A stretch of 64,000 bases of DNA from the human T2T-CHM13v2.0 reference genome, Homo sapiens (GCF_009914755.1 NC_060947.1); one strand, 5' to 3'. Shown: positions 28,084 to 51,859, numbered from the stretch's first letter. Notes: generated by a model not told the origin, from the sequence alone. Translations and numbers: made by a program.

Positions 28084-31000
28084 CTGGAGATGAGGAAGAA
28101 TAAGACTCTGGTTACTCATAACACAGATTCTAAAACGTTCTGTTAGAGGTTCTCTCCCATTCCCAGATAAATGAAAAAATACTAGTCAGTATCATTATAT
28201 CACAGGTCATTGGGTTAAATCCCTGGAACATGTAATATAAAAGTGGTTTTTGCATTGCTGCTGTTGTACTATGCCTGTTTGTGACCATAAGAAAGGACTG
28301 TGATAAAAATGAATAGATATTGGGATTAAAATAGGGAAATGTAATTAATATACACAATAATGGAGGGTCTTAATAGTGACACAGAACTCTCTGAATATGA
28401 CAGTGATTTAATTCAGGAAAGTATTTATATTGGCTAGATGTTATTGCTATATCACATAGTGGCACAGGTTCCTCTTAAATCCATCAGATTGCCTGGATTC
28501 AAATCCCAGTTCTACCATTTACCAGCTGTGTGACTTTGAGAAAGTCACTTAAACTTTCTGAACAATAGGTTTCTAATTTTCAAATGAGGCTAATAGTATC
28601 TACCCCATCATATAATACATTGAAATCACATAACACAATACCTAGCATCCACTGTCACCCACTTGCAGAATATGTAAGCACAAGGAAGGAGCATTTAGGT
28701 CTAGGATCCAGCTAATATAAAATTCTACCATGGTACTAGCAATATTAATTTCTACCATGAACAAGATTAGCTGAGTGAAGGAATGCAACAAGTTATAATA
28801 GGCTAATTACATGGTGGTAAAGTAGATGCATAAACATAAGAGACAAGATACACCTTTACCAAGCTACCCGTTGGGTACCTCAATAGCCTTGTCATTTCAC
28901 ACAGTCTTTTCAGGGAAGATCTTAACTGCATCCACCTTCTTCTCAAGGGAAGCTGCTCCCAAAAGCCCTGTGAATGCTTACATTCTATGTGCAGCCAAAT
29001 TATCAATCAAGTGGCAAAGGAGAATAAAAACATATTCTAACATATAAAGACTCAGAAAATCTACCTCAAATGTCACCATTATCAGGAAGTGATTATGGAA
29101 TGTTTGCCACCAAAATAAAGGAGTATCTCAAACAAGAGTAAGACCTGGTATCCAAGAACCAGGTACCTATCCTGAGGGAGGGTAAATAAAAGTCCCAAGT
29201 TGATAACTGAGCCTCAGGCCTAGAGAGAACCAGCTCAGACTGGAGCAGGGGGATGCATGCCTCTAGGAGGTCAATCTGTAAGCAAAAAGGAATACATTAT
29301 ATGATGGAACTCTTGAAAAAAAGAGGATAATTCAAAGGCAGACATTATAAGAAAAACAGGGAAACAATTAGAGATTCTCGTCAAACTAGTTACCAAAATG
29401 GACTTTTATTTACCCTCCCCTCTGAGAGGGGCCTGGTATTAGGAATGGTGACCAAGCTGGAGTTTAGTTTTAATGGCTTGGGTTAAAATTTTGTAATGAA
29501 AATATCTTTTTGTATTGTATGTGTGACTAATGGTAAATTTAAAACATTATAATTAATTCATAAATTTCAATCCAAGAACTTAGAGTTGGTTGTTTGATGA
29601 AAAAGTCAATAAAATAAATAACCAAATAAAAATTAAGAAATTTCACATATACAAAATTTGAAGTAAGAAAAGAGACATAATTACAGACACAAAGAAAATG
29701 AAAATAATTGTAATTCCCTTGGAGACACCTCAGCTGTCAATCTCCTCCTCCAACTTCTGACATAGGTATAAGCTATCTGGCCAAGTTGGGGTCTAGTCAG
29801 CACTACAAATATATAGATCAGTCTCCTGCCTCTGTGATCAAACCAGGGCTTTCACTGAACTAATTAATTCTGTAAGCTATTATCCGATCTTGGAACTAGT
29901 TACTAGCTGTTGAGTTGAGAAGGGAATTCGACATCCATTAAGTAGACAGAGAGTTAGGCTAAGAGCAAGCCACTTATCCTCTCGGCTAGCAAACCTTGAT
30001 CAGAACATATTTGTACCTTGTTTAAGGACGAGAAAACATGCAATCTATAAATATACTACAGAACAGGGAGAAGGAAACAGAAGTCAGGAAACTTAGAGGC
30101 AATACCTACTTCTGAAAGTAATCCACTGCAGATTCTAGAGGAAAAGTAAGAACAAATATCTTGCCATACTAAAACACAAGAAGGCACAGCTTCCATAATT
30201 TAAAACCACAAAGACATAGCTTCTATAATTTAAGACTGGAAAGGGCATACACAAGGTGAAATGGTAATTCAGCTGGATGAAATAGAAAAGAATAATTATA
30301 AGAAAACTTAACACATAACAAGAGATGATCAGTTTGTGTGTGTATGGGTTCCAATAAAACCTTACAAAAACGGACAGAGACCAGACTACCCAAGGGCCAT
30401 AGTTTGCCCACTCCTGATGTAGATGGTCACCCACTGTGCCTTTCATGGGGTTTCAAAAGATGACCAGTTTTTAAGGTAGTGAAGAAAGGGCTGGCCTTTC
30501 TTCTTGCTCCTTTCAGAAATTGCTGCAAATAATTAAAGACAGAGTACAATTAAGCTGGAAGATATCTGAAGCCATGAAACCACAAAATAGAAGTATAGTT
30601 AATATAAAACAGGTATCAAAAGATAAAAAGAGTGGATGCTCATGGCTGGCAGATTTCAGAAAAGTCCAAGAAGACATACTTCCTCATATCTTATACCGCC
30701 ATATCTTCCCCATTTTTAATATCAAAGTCTAATTATTCCTCCTACTTCAGCCTCCCAAAGTGCTGGGATTACAGGCATGAACCACTGTGCCTGGCCTTGT
30801 TTCTTTCTTCTATCAAGGTGCAAGTATTATACTTTGATATGAAAAACAGTCAGTCATTCATTATAACAATGGGATCAGGGTATACAAGCTAGCATCGGTG
30901 GTTTTACTGGACTCCTTTCAACACAAGTCTCAAAAGGTAGGAAAGATGGGACCAGAAGAAAGAATCACATTGACAAGTCATTTTTGCACTGTAAGTCTGT

Positions 31001-31288
31001 TTTGCAAGGTGGGGAGGGGAGGAAAGAAATTCTGAAATGTAAACAACTCTGCAGCTTTGATCTTGATGGGCTGGAGAGAAGTAAAGGCTGAAAACTCACA
31101 CATACAATCAATACCTTTCATAAGAGAATTCCTGCTAATCTAAAACTCACTCCTAATGCCTCATTGATATTAATATATCTACATAAACTTTCTGCGAAAA
31201 GTTTATTTAGAACAAACTCACCTCAATGATAAATAATAAGCAAAAAGGATCAAGATACTACAAGATAAAAGGAAGAAAGGAACAACAA

Positions 31289-31575
31289 GGCCAGGTGCAG
31301 TGGCTCATACTGGTAATCCCAGCACTTTGGGAAGCTGAGGTTGGAGGATTGCTTGAGCTTGGAGTTCAAGACCAGCCTGGGCAACAAAGCAAGACCCTGT
31401 CTCTACAAAAAATAAAAAAGTTAGCCTGGCATGATGGTGCATGCCTGTAGTCCCACTACTTGGGAGGCTGAGGTGGGAGGATTGCTTGAGCCCAGGAGGT
31501 TGAGGCTGCAGTGAGCCATGATCACACCACTTACTCCACCCTGGGCAACAGAGTGAGACCCTGTCTCACAAAAAG
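31289..31575 (+). mobile_element. AluJ
   Basis: Alu dimer, TSD agaaaggaacaacaa. Confidence 0.92.
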
Positions 31576-32384
31576 AGAAAGGAACAACAAAAACGAATAA
31601 AAGAAGAGCAGTAATAAAAAAAATGTTGCCAAGGAGAAGATAAAACTTGTAACCAAACATATCACCATAATCTAATGAGATGACCACATCTGAAAAACCA
31701 AAGTCTAATGTAGAATTAGCTATAAGAATTTATAGAAGACGTATGGGTCAATGGAACAGAATGGAGAGTTCAGAAATAAACTCTCACATTTATGGTCAAT
31801 TGATTTTCAACAAGGGTGTCAAGATGACTTAATGGGAAAAGAATCATATTTTCAACAAATGGTGCCGGGACAACTGGATGTTTACATGCAAAAAATAAAA
31901 AAGAGGTTAGACCTCTTCTTCACACCATACACAAAAATTTATTCAAACTAGATCATAGACATATATGTAACAGCTACAACTATCAAACTCTTAGAAGAAA
32001 ATATGGAAGTAAATGTGGCCTTGGGCTAGACAAAGCCTTCCTAGATGTGACATCAAAAGCACAAGTGACACAAGAATAAAAAGATAAATTGTATGTCATC
32101 TATGAGTTCATCAATTAACTCAACAACCCAGGAAACAATTACTGAAGTAAAAATAGGTCAATAAATGTCAACAAAACTGAACAACTAGAAGGAAAAATAG
32201 TTAGAAAACAAACTAGAACAGCATATTCAAGAGCTGTGTGACAAAATTGAACAGTATAATATATGTAAATGCAATACCAGAAGAAGAGAAAGAATTAGAA
32301 GCAATATTTGAAGACACAGATGATAAATATTTTTCAAAATTAATGATACCAAATTACAGATTGAATAAGCCTAGAGAATGCCAA

Positions 32385-32388
<4 letters not shown>

Positions 32389-32430
<42 letters not shown>
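32389..32430. repeat. (AC)21 microsatellite: the F8 intron 13 linkage marker
   Basis: Perfect repeat counted directly; the flanks ccaaattacagattgaataagcctag and aagatacattatgtacagttgaatgca match the diagnostic primers as I recall them. Confidence 0.92.
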
Positions 32431-32436
<6 letters not shown>

Positions 32437-33788
32437 CAAAGTAAAGAGCTTGAAGCCATCCAGATTTTTTTAAAAAGATACATTATGTACAGTTGAATGC
32501 AAATGGGAATTACAACAAACTTATTGTGAAAAACTATGCAAGTAGAAACAATGGAGCGGCATTTTTAAAGTGCTGAGGGAAAAACCAATAAAACAAAATG
32601 TAATAAAACAAAAACAACAACCACAAACCCAGAATTCTATACACAGTGAAGATATAATTCAAAAACAGAAATAAAGACTTTTCAGAGAAGCAAAAACTGA
32701 CAAAATTAATTAACCAACAGACTTGCACTACAGAAAATGTTAAAAAAGACACACTGTAAATATAAGGATAGAGATAGGTTGAAAAGAAAAGAATGGGAAA
32801 TATATACCACACAAACATTAAGCAAAATAAATATGATAGTGCAGGTGTATAAATTTTAGACAATGCAGACGTTTAAGGCAACAAGTACTACTTCAGACAA
32901 AAAGGACATTTCACAAAGATGAAAGAATTGATTTAATAAGAATACAACCTTAAAGTTGTAAGCACCTGATTTTATATTGCCTCATTTATTTTGAAACATT
33001 CTTACTAACAAATACAAAAATCAAAATAACAAACTCAACAATCACAGAGATGTCACAGTTTCCTCCATGTCTGTAAGAAACAGATAAAATATCAGGAAGT
33101 TTATAAGGATTTTAAAAACATGATAAAGCAACTTGACATAATAGGCAAATATATGACACTCTACCCAATAACAGCAAAGACATATTTGTTTCAAATGCAG
33201 TGGGCCATTAATCAAATTAAATTATTCACTGGGCATATAGCAAGTCTCAACAAATTTCAAATGATTGAAATAATATAGAGTATGTTATGTGATCACAGTA
33301 AAACAAATAAATCAGCAACAGAGAGAGAGCCAGAAAATCGCCATATATTGGGAAATTAAGTAAAACACTGTAAAATAACTATGAATAAAACAAGAAATAA
33401 CGTAAAATTTATAAAATATTTTAAACTCAATGATAATAAAAATATGACTCATCAAAATTTGTGATATGGGGTTAAAGCAGTATATAAAGGGAAATTTATG
33501 CTTTGTATGAACTTTTAAAAAGTAAGAAATGTTGAAAATCAATGAACCAAGTTTTAATCTCAAGAAGTCAAGAAGAAAAAGAAAACTGAATCCAGAGAAA
33601 GTATTGGAATAATAACAAAAGACCAGAAATAAATGAAATGCAAAGCAAAATAAAAATAAAAATTCAACATAGAAAATAAACAAAACAAAAAAATTTTTTT
33701 AATTCCATGACCTGATGAACAAAGCAAAAATTTGATCCTATGGTAGGATTAGTAAATTTGATGAACCTATAACAAAGGCGACAAACTT

Positions 33789-33895
33789 TTTTTTTTTATT
33801 ATACTTTAAGTTTTAGGGTACATGTGCACTAGGGGGAGGGGCGAGGGATATCATTGGGAGATATACCTAATGCTAGATGACGAGTTAGTGGGTGC
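33789..33895 (-). mobile_element. Tiny 5'-inverted young L1 (L1PA2-like 3'UTR)
   Basis: Poly-T plus antisense L1 3' end, then a sense 3'UTR piece; TSD aggcga(c/t)aaactt at 33776-33788 and 33896-33908. Confidence 0.88.
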
Positions 33896-35441
33896 AGGCG
33901 ATAAACTTAAAATAGATAAAATATAAATAACAATATCAGGTATGAAAACGGAGACATCAGTACAGACATTATAAGGATGATAAAAGAACATTACAAATAA
34001 CTTACTTCAAGTAAATTAAACAACTTAGATGAAAGGGACATATTTCTAGAAAAACACAATTGACAAAAACTGATACCATAAAAAATATTATAATAGCATT
34101 AAATACCAAAGAATACACTTTACAAAAATGTGCAAGACCTGTACACTAAAATTTTACAAAAACATTGCCAAGAGAAAATTTAAAAGATGTAAATAAATAA
34201 CTAAACCATGCTCATGGACAGGAATACTCAATATTGTCAAGAGGTATGCTCCCCCAAATTGATCTGCAGAATCAATGTAATCCCTATCAAAACCTCAGAA
34301 GATATTTTTATTGATAAAATTGACAAGATGATTCTAAAATTTATATAAAAATCAAAGAGAGCAAAGTTGGAGGAATTATACTAACAAATATTAAAACTTA
34401 CTATAAGATAGTATGTTACTGGTACAAAGATAGACCAATAAGTCAATGGAATATAAGAGATCAGGGGTTGGCAAACTTTTTCTGTAAAAAGCAACATAGT
34501 AAATATTTTAGGTTTGTAGACACATATGGTCCATGATACATATCCTTATTTGTTTTTTTGCTTTTTTTTTGTTTTGTGTGACAATTCTTTAAAAATGTAA
34601 AAAAATTCTTAGCTCAATGCCATATAAAAACAAGCTGCAAATTTGGCTTGTGGATCATAACCTACCCCTGAAATAGAGTACAGAAACAAAGCTACAGTGA
34701 TACAGTCATCAGATTCATGGCAAAGACAACAGTGCAATTCAGTGAGGAAATTATTTTTTTCCAACAATTGGTGCTAGAGCAATTAAATATCCATATGGAA
34801 AAATGAACTTTTATCTGCATCACTCCATCAAAATTAATTAAAAATGAATCATAAACTTAATTGTGAACAACACAGCAATCAGACTTCTAGAAGAAAATAT
34901 TTAAAATATGTAGAAAGAAAATATAGAAGGATGGCATCATGTTCTTAGGATAGGCAAAAATTTCTGAAACAGAATACAAAAGGCATTAACCATAAAAAAC
35001 TGAAAAATAAGAATTAATTAAATGTAAGAACTTCTATTAACCATAATGCACCCTTAAAGGAGTGAAAAGACAAACCACAGACTGGGAGAAAACATTCACA
35101 ATATGTAAATCCAACCAAGGACTTGTATCTAGGCAAAATAAAGACCCATTCTGACCAAAAACTGACAGAGAACTTTTTACTAGCCAACACACACTGAAGG
35201 AAGTTCCAAAGAAGTTTCTTCAGACAAAAAGAAAATGATCATAGATGGAAGCAAGAAATGCAGAAAAGAATGAAAGAAATGAAAGGTGTAAATATATATA
35301 TATATATAAATGATATTGATTATATAAAACAATAATAATGTCTTATGGGGTTTAAAATATATGTAGAATTCAAATAAATGACAAGAGCACAAAAGGTAGG
35401 AGTGAGAAAATGAAGTCACGTTGTTTGAAGGTCTTTGCATT

Positions 35442-43916
<8,475 letters not shown>

Positions 43917-44097
43917 TTCAAACTGTTTATTAGTTGCAAGGGTGAAAATAATAACTACTCAGAGGAGAAACTAGATCCCTGTACCTCAAGGAAGAAAATG
44001 CTATAAATGACAGCATGTGAGCTAGTGGGCAAAAGAGCATACGAATGGCTAGTGAAGCATTCACAGCTGTTGGTACAAGAAAAATATAATAACTAAC

Positions 44098-44307
44098 CTG
44101 GGTTTTCCATCGACATGAAGACAGTTTCTCCTGAGAATGGGAATAGGGTGAGTGTGTCTTCATAGACCATTTTGTGTTTGAAGGTATATCCAGAGAAGAA
44201 GACAGAAAGGAAGTCAGTCTGTGCTCCAATGCTTAGAATGTACCAGTATGCCACCTCATGCAAACAAACTGACAACTGCAAACTATCAAAAACATAGCCA
44301 TTGATGC
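44098..44307 (-). CDS. F8: F8 exon 13 (A2), 210 nt
   Basis: INGYVFDSLQLSVCLHEVAYWYILSIGAQTDF...MSMENP; cag| and |gttagt. Confidence 0.99.
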
Positions 44308-45529
44308 CTGCAAAAACAATGGGGAAAAGAGATTTAGACACATCACAGATTTAGTATTTTGGATTGTGATTGTCATGATACAATTAGGAATTATTATATG
44401 TTATGCCCATTATCTTATTCCCAGGAAGAGATATTATATCTTCCAAAAAAGTAGATTGTTAATAATCAGTTGGGCCCCAATCCCAATGTGAGGAGACAGT
44501 CATAAACCATCATGATAAAGATTAATTTGGATGTTATATGGGGGGCATTTTGATGAGTAGCAAGATGTTTGCATGGTCTTAAACTACACAGAGGAGAAAC
44601 CAGAAAAAAACCTTTGGGTGCTTAAAGTTACCATCTGATGAAGGTCCAGATTCAAGGAAATGAAAGAAGCAGGACAAGTAGTTACTTGTACTAGATCCCT
44701 GTACTTCAAAGAAGAAAATGCTATAAATGACAGCATTGGTTGATACAACTGGAATACCAGTTGTAAATTATGGAAATGTGCTTTATCAATTTGAAGTGTC
44801 TGTTATGTAAAAGATATCTTTATTCACAGGAAATGTGTACTAAAGTATTGAGAGGTAAAGGGATGTGATGTCTGCAACTAATTTTCAAATAGAAAATAAG
44901 TAACAGAAGTGTGTATATAAAGAAAAGAAAATGAAAAACAAAATTGCAAAATGTTAAACATTTGTGAATCTGGGTAAAGGGTGTGTGCAAGTTCCATGTA
45001 TTATTCTTGTAACTTTTCTGTACATTTTAAATTATTTCAAACTAAAGAGCTAAGCAAAAGTAACATTGGCCTTAGTCTATGAAGGGAATTGTTTCTGAAA
45101 GCCTCTTCCACACATCCATTCATCCATCCATTCAATAAACACTTGTCTACTCTGTTACTAGGTACTGTGTAAGATGGTTGCCCACAAACCACTAAGCAAT
45201 ACTTAGACATTGGCTTAGTATAACTAATTAATAATTGAAGTTTTTTTCCTATACAACATTGAGATATTATAAAGCTATTATAATTAAAAATGCAGTCTTA
45301 ATGCAGAATAGATAAATATATCAAACAAAATATGGAGTCCAGAAACTGACAAGATGTAAGCGGAAACTTAATATATAATAAGTTGAAACTTAATATATAA
45401 TAAAGGCAGCATCTCCAACCAGTACAGGAAAAAAATCAGCTAGTTGGTAAATGATAATAGAAAATATGACTATCCACTTGGAAAAAATAGATTCCACTTC
45501 ATTTCACATAACTAACAAAAGTAAAGTCC

Positions 45530-45906
45530 TTTTAAATTAATCTGAATTTTGCCTAAGGGTACCTTTGCACTTGAGTCCTTGCACAACAAAGTTGCAGCCT
45601 GGCTTAGTTGATGAACTAACTGAAAGCCTAATTTAGGAATATGCTTTTATAACAAACAGCTCAGTCTCAGCCGATTATAGCAGCTGAACTTCCATCAATT
45701 GCAGGCGACTAACAGCTTCAAATAAGGCAAAAATGCCCAACTGTAATCAATTAAGCTGTCTCTAAACCTCACTTCCAATTTCTATCCATACTATGTTGCT
45801 GGCTGCTGTTCTGTATTTGGTTCTGAGGGCTATCTGATTCTAGAATCATGTATAAAAGCCAATTACAATCTTTAAAATACATTTGTTGTATTTTTGCCTT
45901 TTGACA
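45530..45906 (+). mobile_element. ERV1-class LTR (MER57/MER51-like)
   Basis: aactaactgaaagcctaa, caaataaggcaaa..ctgtaatcaat..cctcacttcc motifs; ends ttgaca. Confidence 0.55.
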
Positions 45907-45968
45907 CTCCACATGGATTAAATAGTTACATGTCTTTTGTGAAATATGTACACACTACTTTTGGGTGC

Positions 45969-46641
45969 TGTACTAGTGGCTAGGGTTGCCATAACAATAT
46001 ACCACAGACTGGGAGGTGTAAATAACAGGAATGTGTTTTCTCACAGTTTTGAACACTAAAATTCCAAGATCAAGGTATTGGCAGGTTTGGTTTTTACTGA
46101 CACCTCTCCTTGGCTTGGTCTTTCCTCTGTGAATATGCATCCCTGGTGTCTCTGTGTGTACACATTTCCTCTTCTTTTTTTTTTTCAAATGGAGTCTCGG
46201 TCTGTCTGCCAGTCTGGAGTGCAGTGGCGTGATCTCTGCTCACTGCAACCTCCACCTCCTGGGTTCAAGCAATCTTCTGCCTCAGTCTCCCGAGTAGCTG
46301 GGACTACAGGAGCTCGCCACCATGTCCAGCTAATTTTTGTATTTTCAGTAGAGATGGGGTTTCACCATGTTGGCCAGGATGGTCTCGATCTCTTGACCTC
46401 GTGATCCGCCCGCCTTGGCCTCCCAAAATGCTGGGATTACAGGCGTGAGCCACTGTGCCTGGCCCACATTTCCTCTTCTTATAAGGACACTAGTCATATT
46501 GGATTAGGGCCCATTGTAACAACCTCATTTTAACTTAATAAACCCCTTAAAGACCCTATCTCCAAATACAGTCACATTCTGAAATACTAGTGTTAGGGCT
46601 TCAGCATATTAATTCTAGGGGACATGATTCAGGACATAACA
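45969..46641 (-). mobile_element. MLT1 LTR with an AluS inserted at 46175-46464 (minus strand)
   Basis: MLT1 motifs (gccataacaa, tccaagatcaagg, tccaaatacagtcacattctg); Alu TSD cacatttcct. Confidence 0.8.
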
Positions 46642-48889
46642 GGTGTATACTAGGAGTGGATTTCCTGAGTCAATAGGGTATGCCGATGTTTGGCTTTCGA
46701 TGTTTGGATTTCCTGACCAGAAATTTATGAGAGTTCTCATTACTCTACATCTTTACCAATACTTGGTATGGACAGCCTTTTTAATTTTAGCCATTCTGGT
46801 GTATCTCATTGGTGGTTTTGTTTTTTTAATATCATCCTATCCAGTTTATTCCTTAACTTGCATAATGGTTATCTGAAATCACTGGAATGTAAGCTTCCTC
46901 AGGCTTAATTACTAGAATGGCTGATTCTTCTCTATCCAATCTTTTTAAATTTATTTTTTAATTGACAGGGAAAAATAGAATATATTATGATGTACATCAC
47001 AATGTTTATATATGTATATATTGGAATGGGTAATTTATTAACTGTAGTCACCATAGTGTACAATAGATGTCTTTAATTTATTTCTCTTGTCTAACTGGAA
47101 TTGTGTGGCAAAGTCTTTATCTCTCTGCATTTCTGAAGGAAACATTTTCTAGGTAAAGTTTTCCCAGTACTCGGAATATATCATCCCACCCTCTTCTGAC
47201 CTGTAAAGTTTCTGCCTTATTGGAATTTCCTTGTATGTGGTTTGCTTCTTTTTTGTTGTTGCTTTCAGGATTCTCTCTTTGTCTTTGATATTTGACAGTT
47301 TGATTGTAACGTGTCTTCATATAGTCTTGTTTGAATCTAATCTGACTAGAGATCTTTGAGCTTCTTGTACGTGGATATTTACATCTTTCTCCAGATTTGG
47401 AAAGTTTTTGCTATCATTTCTTTAAATACACTTTCTTCCATTTTGTCTCACTCTTCTTCTAGTTACCCATATCAGAAATTTGGTAATCATCTTTGAATCC
47501 TCTTAGTCCTTTACCAAACATAGCTAATTATTTACAAAATCATGTGCCTTCTATCTTCTAAACAAATCCTGTACATGTTCCTTCCTCTTCATTCCTACTG
47601 CAATTTCCCTATCATTTGTAGGATCCATCTACGAAATAAATCATAAATCCTACAATTTTTTAAAACACAAAATTATAAAACAAACATCTAGGTCATGAAA
47701 TACAATATTGCTGCTATCCCCACAAAACACATGTGTTTATTCTCAAATGAACTCTTTCTAAGAGGTAGCCACTATCTTGTCTTTTATTATAATCATGTCC
47801 TTACTAACCTTTATACTTTTCTTCCTCTGTATCCCTAAACTATATAAGTTAATTTTGCCCATTTTTGAACTTTATGTAAATAATATAATACTGTATATAT
47901 TCTTTTGACACTTACCATTTTACTAAAAATTGTCTTTGTGATACTTATTCATATTGTTGTGTATAGCTTTATTTTTGTGAATCTTCATTGTCACATGGTA
48001 TTTCATTGTATGAAAATAGATTATCAATTTTACTGCTAATGGAAATAGGAGTGATTTATGGTTTGGGTCTCTCTCCTCCTGGTCCTTTTTTTTCTTCTTT
48101 TCTTATCCCTCTGTCTTAGCATCTTTCTCCCTGGACTCTTCCTCTGAAGATCCTTCCCCTGTGTCTCTTGGTCTCTGCCTTTGTGTCTCTCCCTGTGCTT
48201 TCTCAGACTCTTTTTCTCAATTCCAATCTCTTCTTTCTCAATTCCAGACTCTTATCTCCACCAAAAGCTATATTAGAAATCCCAGAGGAAAAAAAATATA
48301 TATCATCTTCAGTGAAATTGTTTTCTGGCTCTGCTTATGTCACTATATCTCTCTAGTTTTCATCACCGTCTCCAAGAAAATGAGACAGTTTAACTGTCCA
48401 GATACTGTGGCAAGTGCACATCCTACTTGGAAAAAGATGTGGTGGGAAAGGGAGAAATTATGAATAGAAAAAAATAGAAGAACAAATATCTAGTAAATAG
48501 CACAATAAGGAAATTATAAAATACAATATTCTATCAGGCTGAAGGAATTCTAAACCAAAGCCATGAGGCTGGAGAGAAGAGGGAGAAAAGAAAAAGCTCT
48601 GTGCCACTAGAATTAAATACTAAGCATTAGACTCTTGCACAAATGTGAAATCTGAATCCTTCAGAAGGAAAGCAATACCCTGAACTATGTAAAAAATAAA
48701 AATGCAACTCAAAGGACTAAACAACCTTAAAATTTTTAGAATAATGGATAGTAAAGGACTTTAACTCTGGAGAATAATATATCACTATTACTAGAAATTC
48801 AAGCTAAATATGAGGCTCAACCCAAAGTTAAAGGGCTAAAGCTTTGAGAGGAGGGGCATAGAATTGTAACATATGCCACATTCTGGTAG

Positions 48890-49241
<352 letters not shown>

Positions 49242-49567
49242 TGTTCAGGATTTTTAGTTGCATCCAGTGGGACACACAGGGAAATGTGGCTCACTCCATC
49301 TTAAACATCTTAATAATCAGAATTTCAAAAGGCATATATTGGTTTTGAAAAGACTATACTACTTATCCACTAATATAGCATGAGAACACTCTTTTATCCA
49401 CAAGCCCACTAGTAATTATAATTTTGGCAGTTTGATGGGTATAAAGTGCTATCCTATTGTTATTCTATTTCGCATTTCCCTGTAGGATAGTGCAATTGGA
49501 ATTTTTTACCATATTTTTGACCATTCAGATTTGTGGTATATATAAATATATACACATGTGTATGTAT

Positions 49568-49946
49568 GCAATGGGCTGAATTGTGTTCCCCCATCCCAAA
49601 TTTATACCTTGCAGTCCTAAACCCCAGTACCTCAGCATGTGACTATACCTGGAGATAGTGTTTTTAAATAGGTAGTTAGTTAAAATAAGGTCATTACGGT
49701 GGGCCCTAGCCCAACAATACTGGTATCTTTATTAGAAGAGGAGATTAGGACAAAGATATATAAAGGAGAAACCATGTGAAGACAAGGGAGAAAGCCATCT
49801 ACAAGACAAGGAGAGAAGCCTCAGAAGAAACCAACGTTGCCCACATCCTGATCTCAAGCCTCCAGAGTTGTAAGACAATAGATATCTGCTGGTTAAGCCA
49901 CCCAGTCTGCAGTACTTTGTTATGGCAGCACTAGAAGACTAATACA
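49568..49946 (+). mobile_element. MLT1 LTR
   Basis: gggctgaattgtg...ttaagccacccagtctg...gactaataca. Confidence 0.8.
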
Positions 49947-50291
49947 ATGTATGTATGTGTTTATATATGATTATATAATTATAGAGAAAATATGTCTTAA
50001 AATATGTTACCTGGGCATGGAATGGTTGGTGAAAAGATGTAATATAGAAGGAGATAGGGAATTAAAAGGGAGAGGGAAATCAAGTAAATATTGAAAGGAA
50101 AAAATGGTGACTGGATTTTTAAAATATGGGTTATATGATCACGTGTGTTTGAGTAAAAATTATACATTTATAGGTAACATAATTGTTAAATTTATGTGCA
50201 CATACAATTCATTCATTATCTGGACATCACTTTGATTACATCAATTTTTCTTTATTCACCACCCACTGGACTTAAGTGCTGCTTTACTCAC

Positions 50292-50442
50292 TGTGCATGA
50301 TGTTGGAGGCTTGGAACTCTGGATCCTCAAGCTGCACTCCAGCTGGATTGGGGAGAAAGCGTTGTATATTCTCTGTGAGGTACCAGCTTCGGTTCTCATC
50401 AAATACAGAAAACAGGATGACATTCCTCTTGTCTGACATTAT
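50292..50442 (-). CDS. F8: F8 exon 12 (A2), 151 nt (absent from the ORF track)
   Basis: Manual translation IMSDKRNVILFSVFDENRSWYLTENIQRFLPNPAGVQLEDPEFQASNIMH; cag| and |gtgagt. Confidence 0.98.
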
Positions 50443-51562
50443 CTGTTAATTACATATATTGAAAGGGGTAAAGAAATGCTACTGATGTTGTCAGGTAGGA
50501 GCTAGCAGTCTATGATGAAAGCGATGGCATGCATGTGATATATCTAATCCATTGGTTTAATTCCATTTCCTCTTAGGCATGTACCAGGGCTTGGGAGTTG
50601 AGGGTGGGTGCTATGAGCAGTGAGTATATGCTTACAACAAATGTGTCCCCAGGACAAGAGGGTGACTGATCCCACTGAACTTAGTTTTTTCTGCACCCAA
50701 GGCCATATGCTAGCTGATTTATTTGGTACAGTCTGTAGCCTTATTCTCTTCATGTTCAGATTAGAAGATTTAACTCCTTAAAGAACCAAGTGGTTATTCA
50801 GTGCCTTTCTTAAGTTAGTTAAGTCAAATGAGATACTGACTTTCCTAAACTTCCATCTAGCAACTGACCTTCCACAAGGCTATAAAAAATTAAAAATAGA
50901 AAAACAGAAATCAAATAAGAAAGATAAGGTGAACCACAAAAATGTCAAACAACACTAATACCTTAAATTTTCTGTTTAAAACATTCAAATTTTTTTCAGA
51001 AGAGCATTTTGTATATGAACCAGATTTATGAATTAGTCGCTTGCTAATTGGATCTGCTAAGATTTCATATGTAAACCTCACTAATATGTATAAACCTCAT
51101 TTTTTATAACCTATAGCTATATAAACCAAAATACTGAAGAGAGGAGATTGGAGAATATAGAATAATATTTCAGTTCTCTTCCCAAAAGTGACGAAAAAAC
51201 TATAGTTAGGAAAAATCGGTCAGGACAAGTACTTGGCAAAATTTATACTTCTCTGAGTTTATGTGCCATGTGTTTTATTGGCACCAAAGTTCATATACTT
51301 TACTCTCTAAACATATGAAATGTTTTCAGACTAGTAGGGATCTTATGTATCATAAATATAATCAAATGGACATGTAGTCAAGCCTCAGCAATATGGCACT
51401 GAGTTATTCTGGGGCCGAGCAATGAGTTTTTGTGAAGAACTAAGCTTTTCTTGTTCAGAGAATTTAGCTTTATTTTTTAAAGCAGTAGAAATGGTCCAAA
51501 TTCTAGCCATATTTTGAAATATTTTATATCTTTCCCTATGTTTTGCCCAAAAGTATTTATTA

Positions 51563-51859
<297 letters not shown>

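Larger units (their letters stand above)
31740..35440 (+). mobile_element. Mosaic of old L1M fragments, with a MER58-like hAT element at about 34462-34670
   Basis: Degraded L1 ORF motifs; caggggttggcaaac...cctacccctg termini. Confidence 0.65.

Noticed and set aside
30430-30940. Unassigned sequence with a plus-strand exon-like segment (caag|...aag|gtagga)
   Set aside because: Stop codons in all three frames of the segment and no recognisable protein; unsupported without a homology search.
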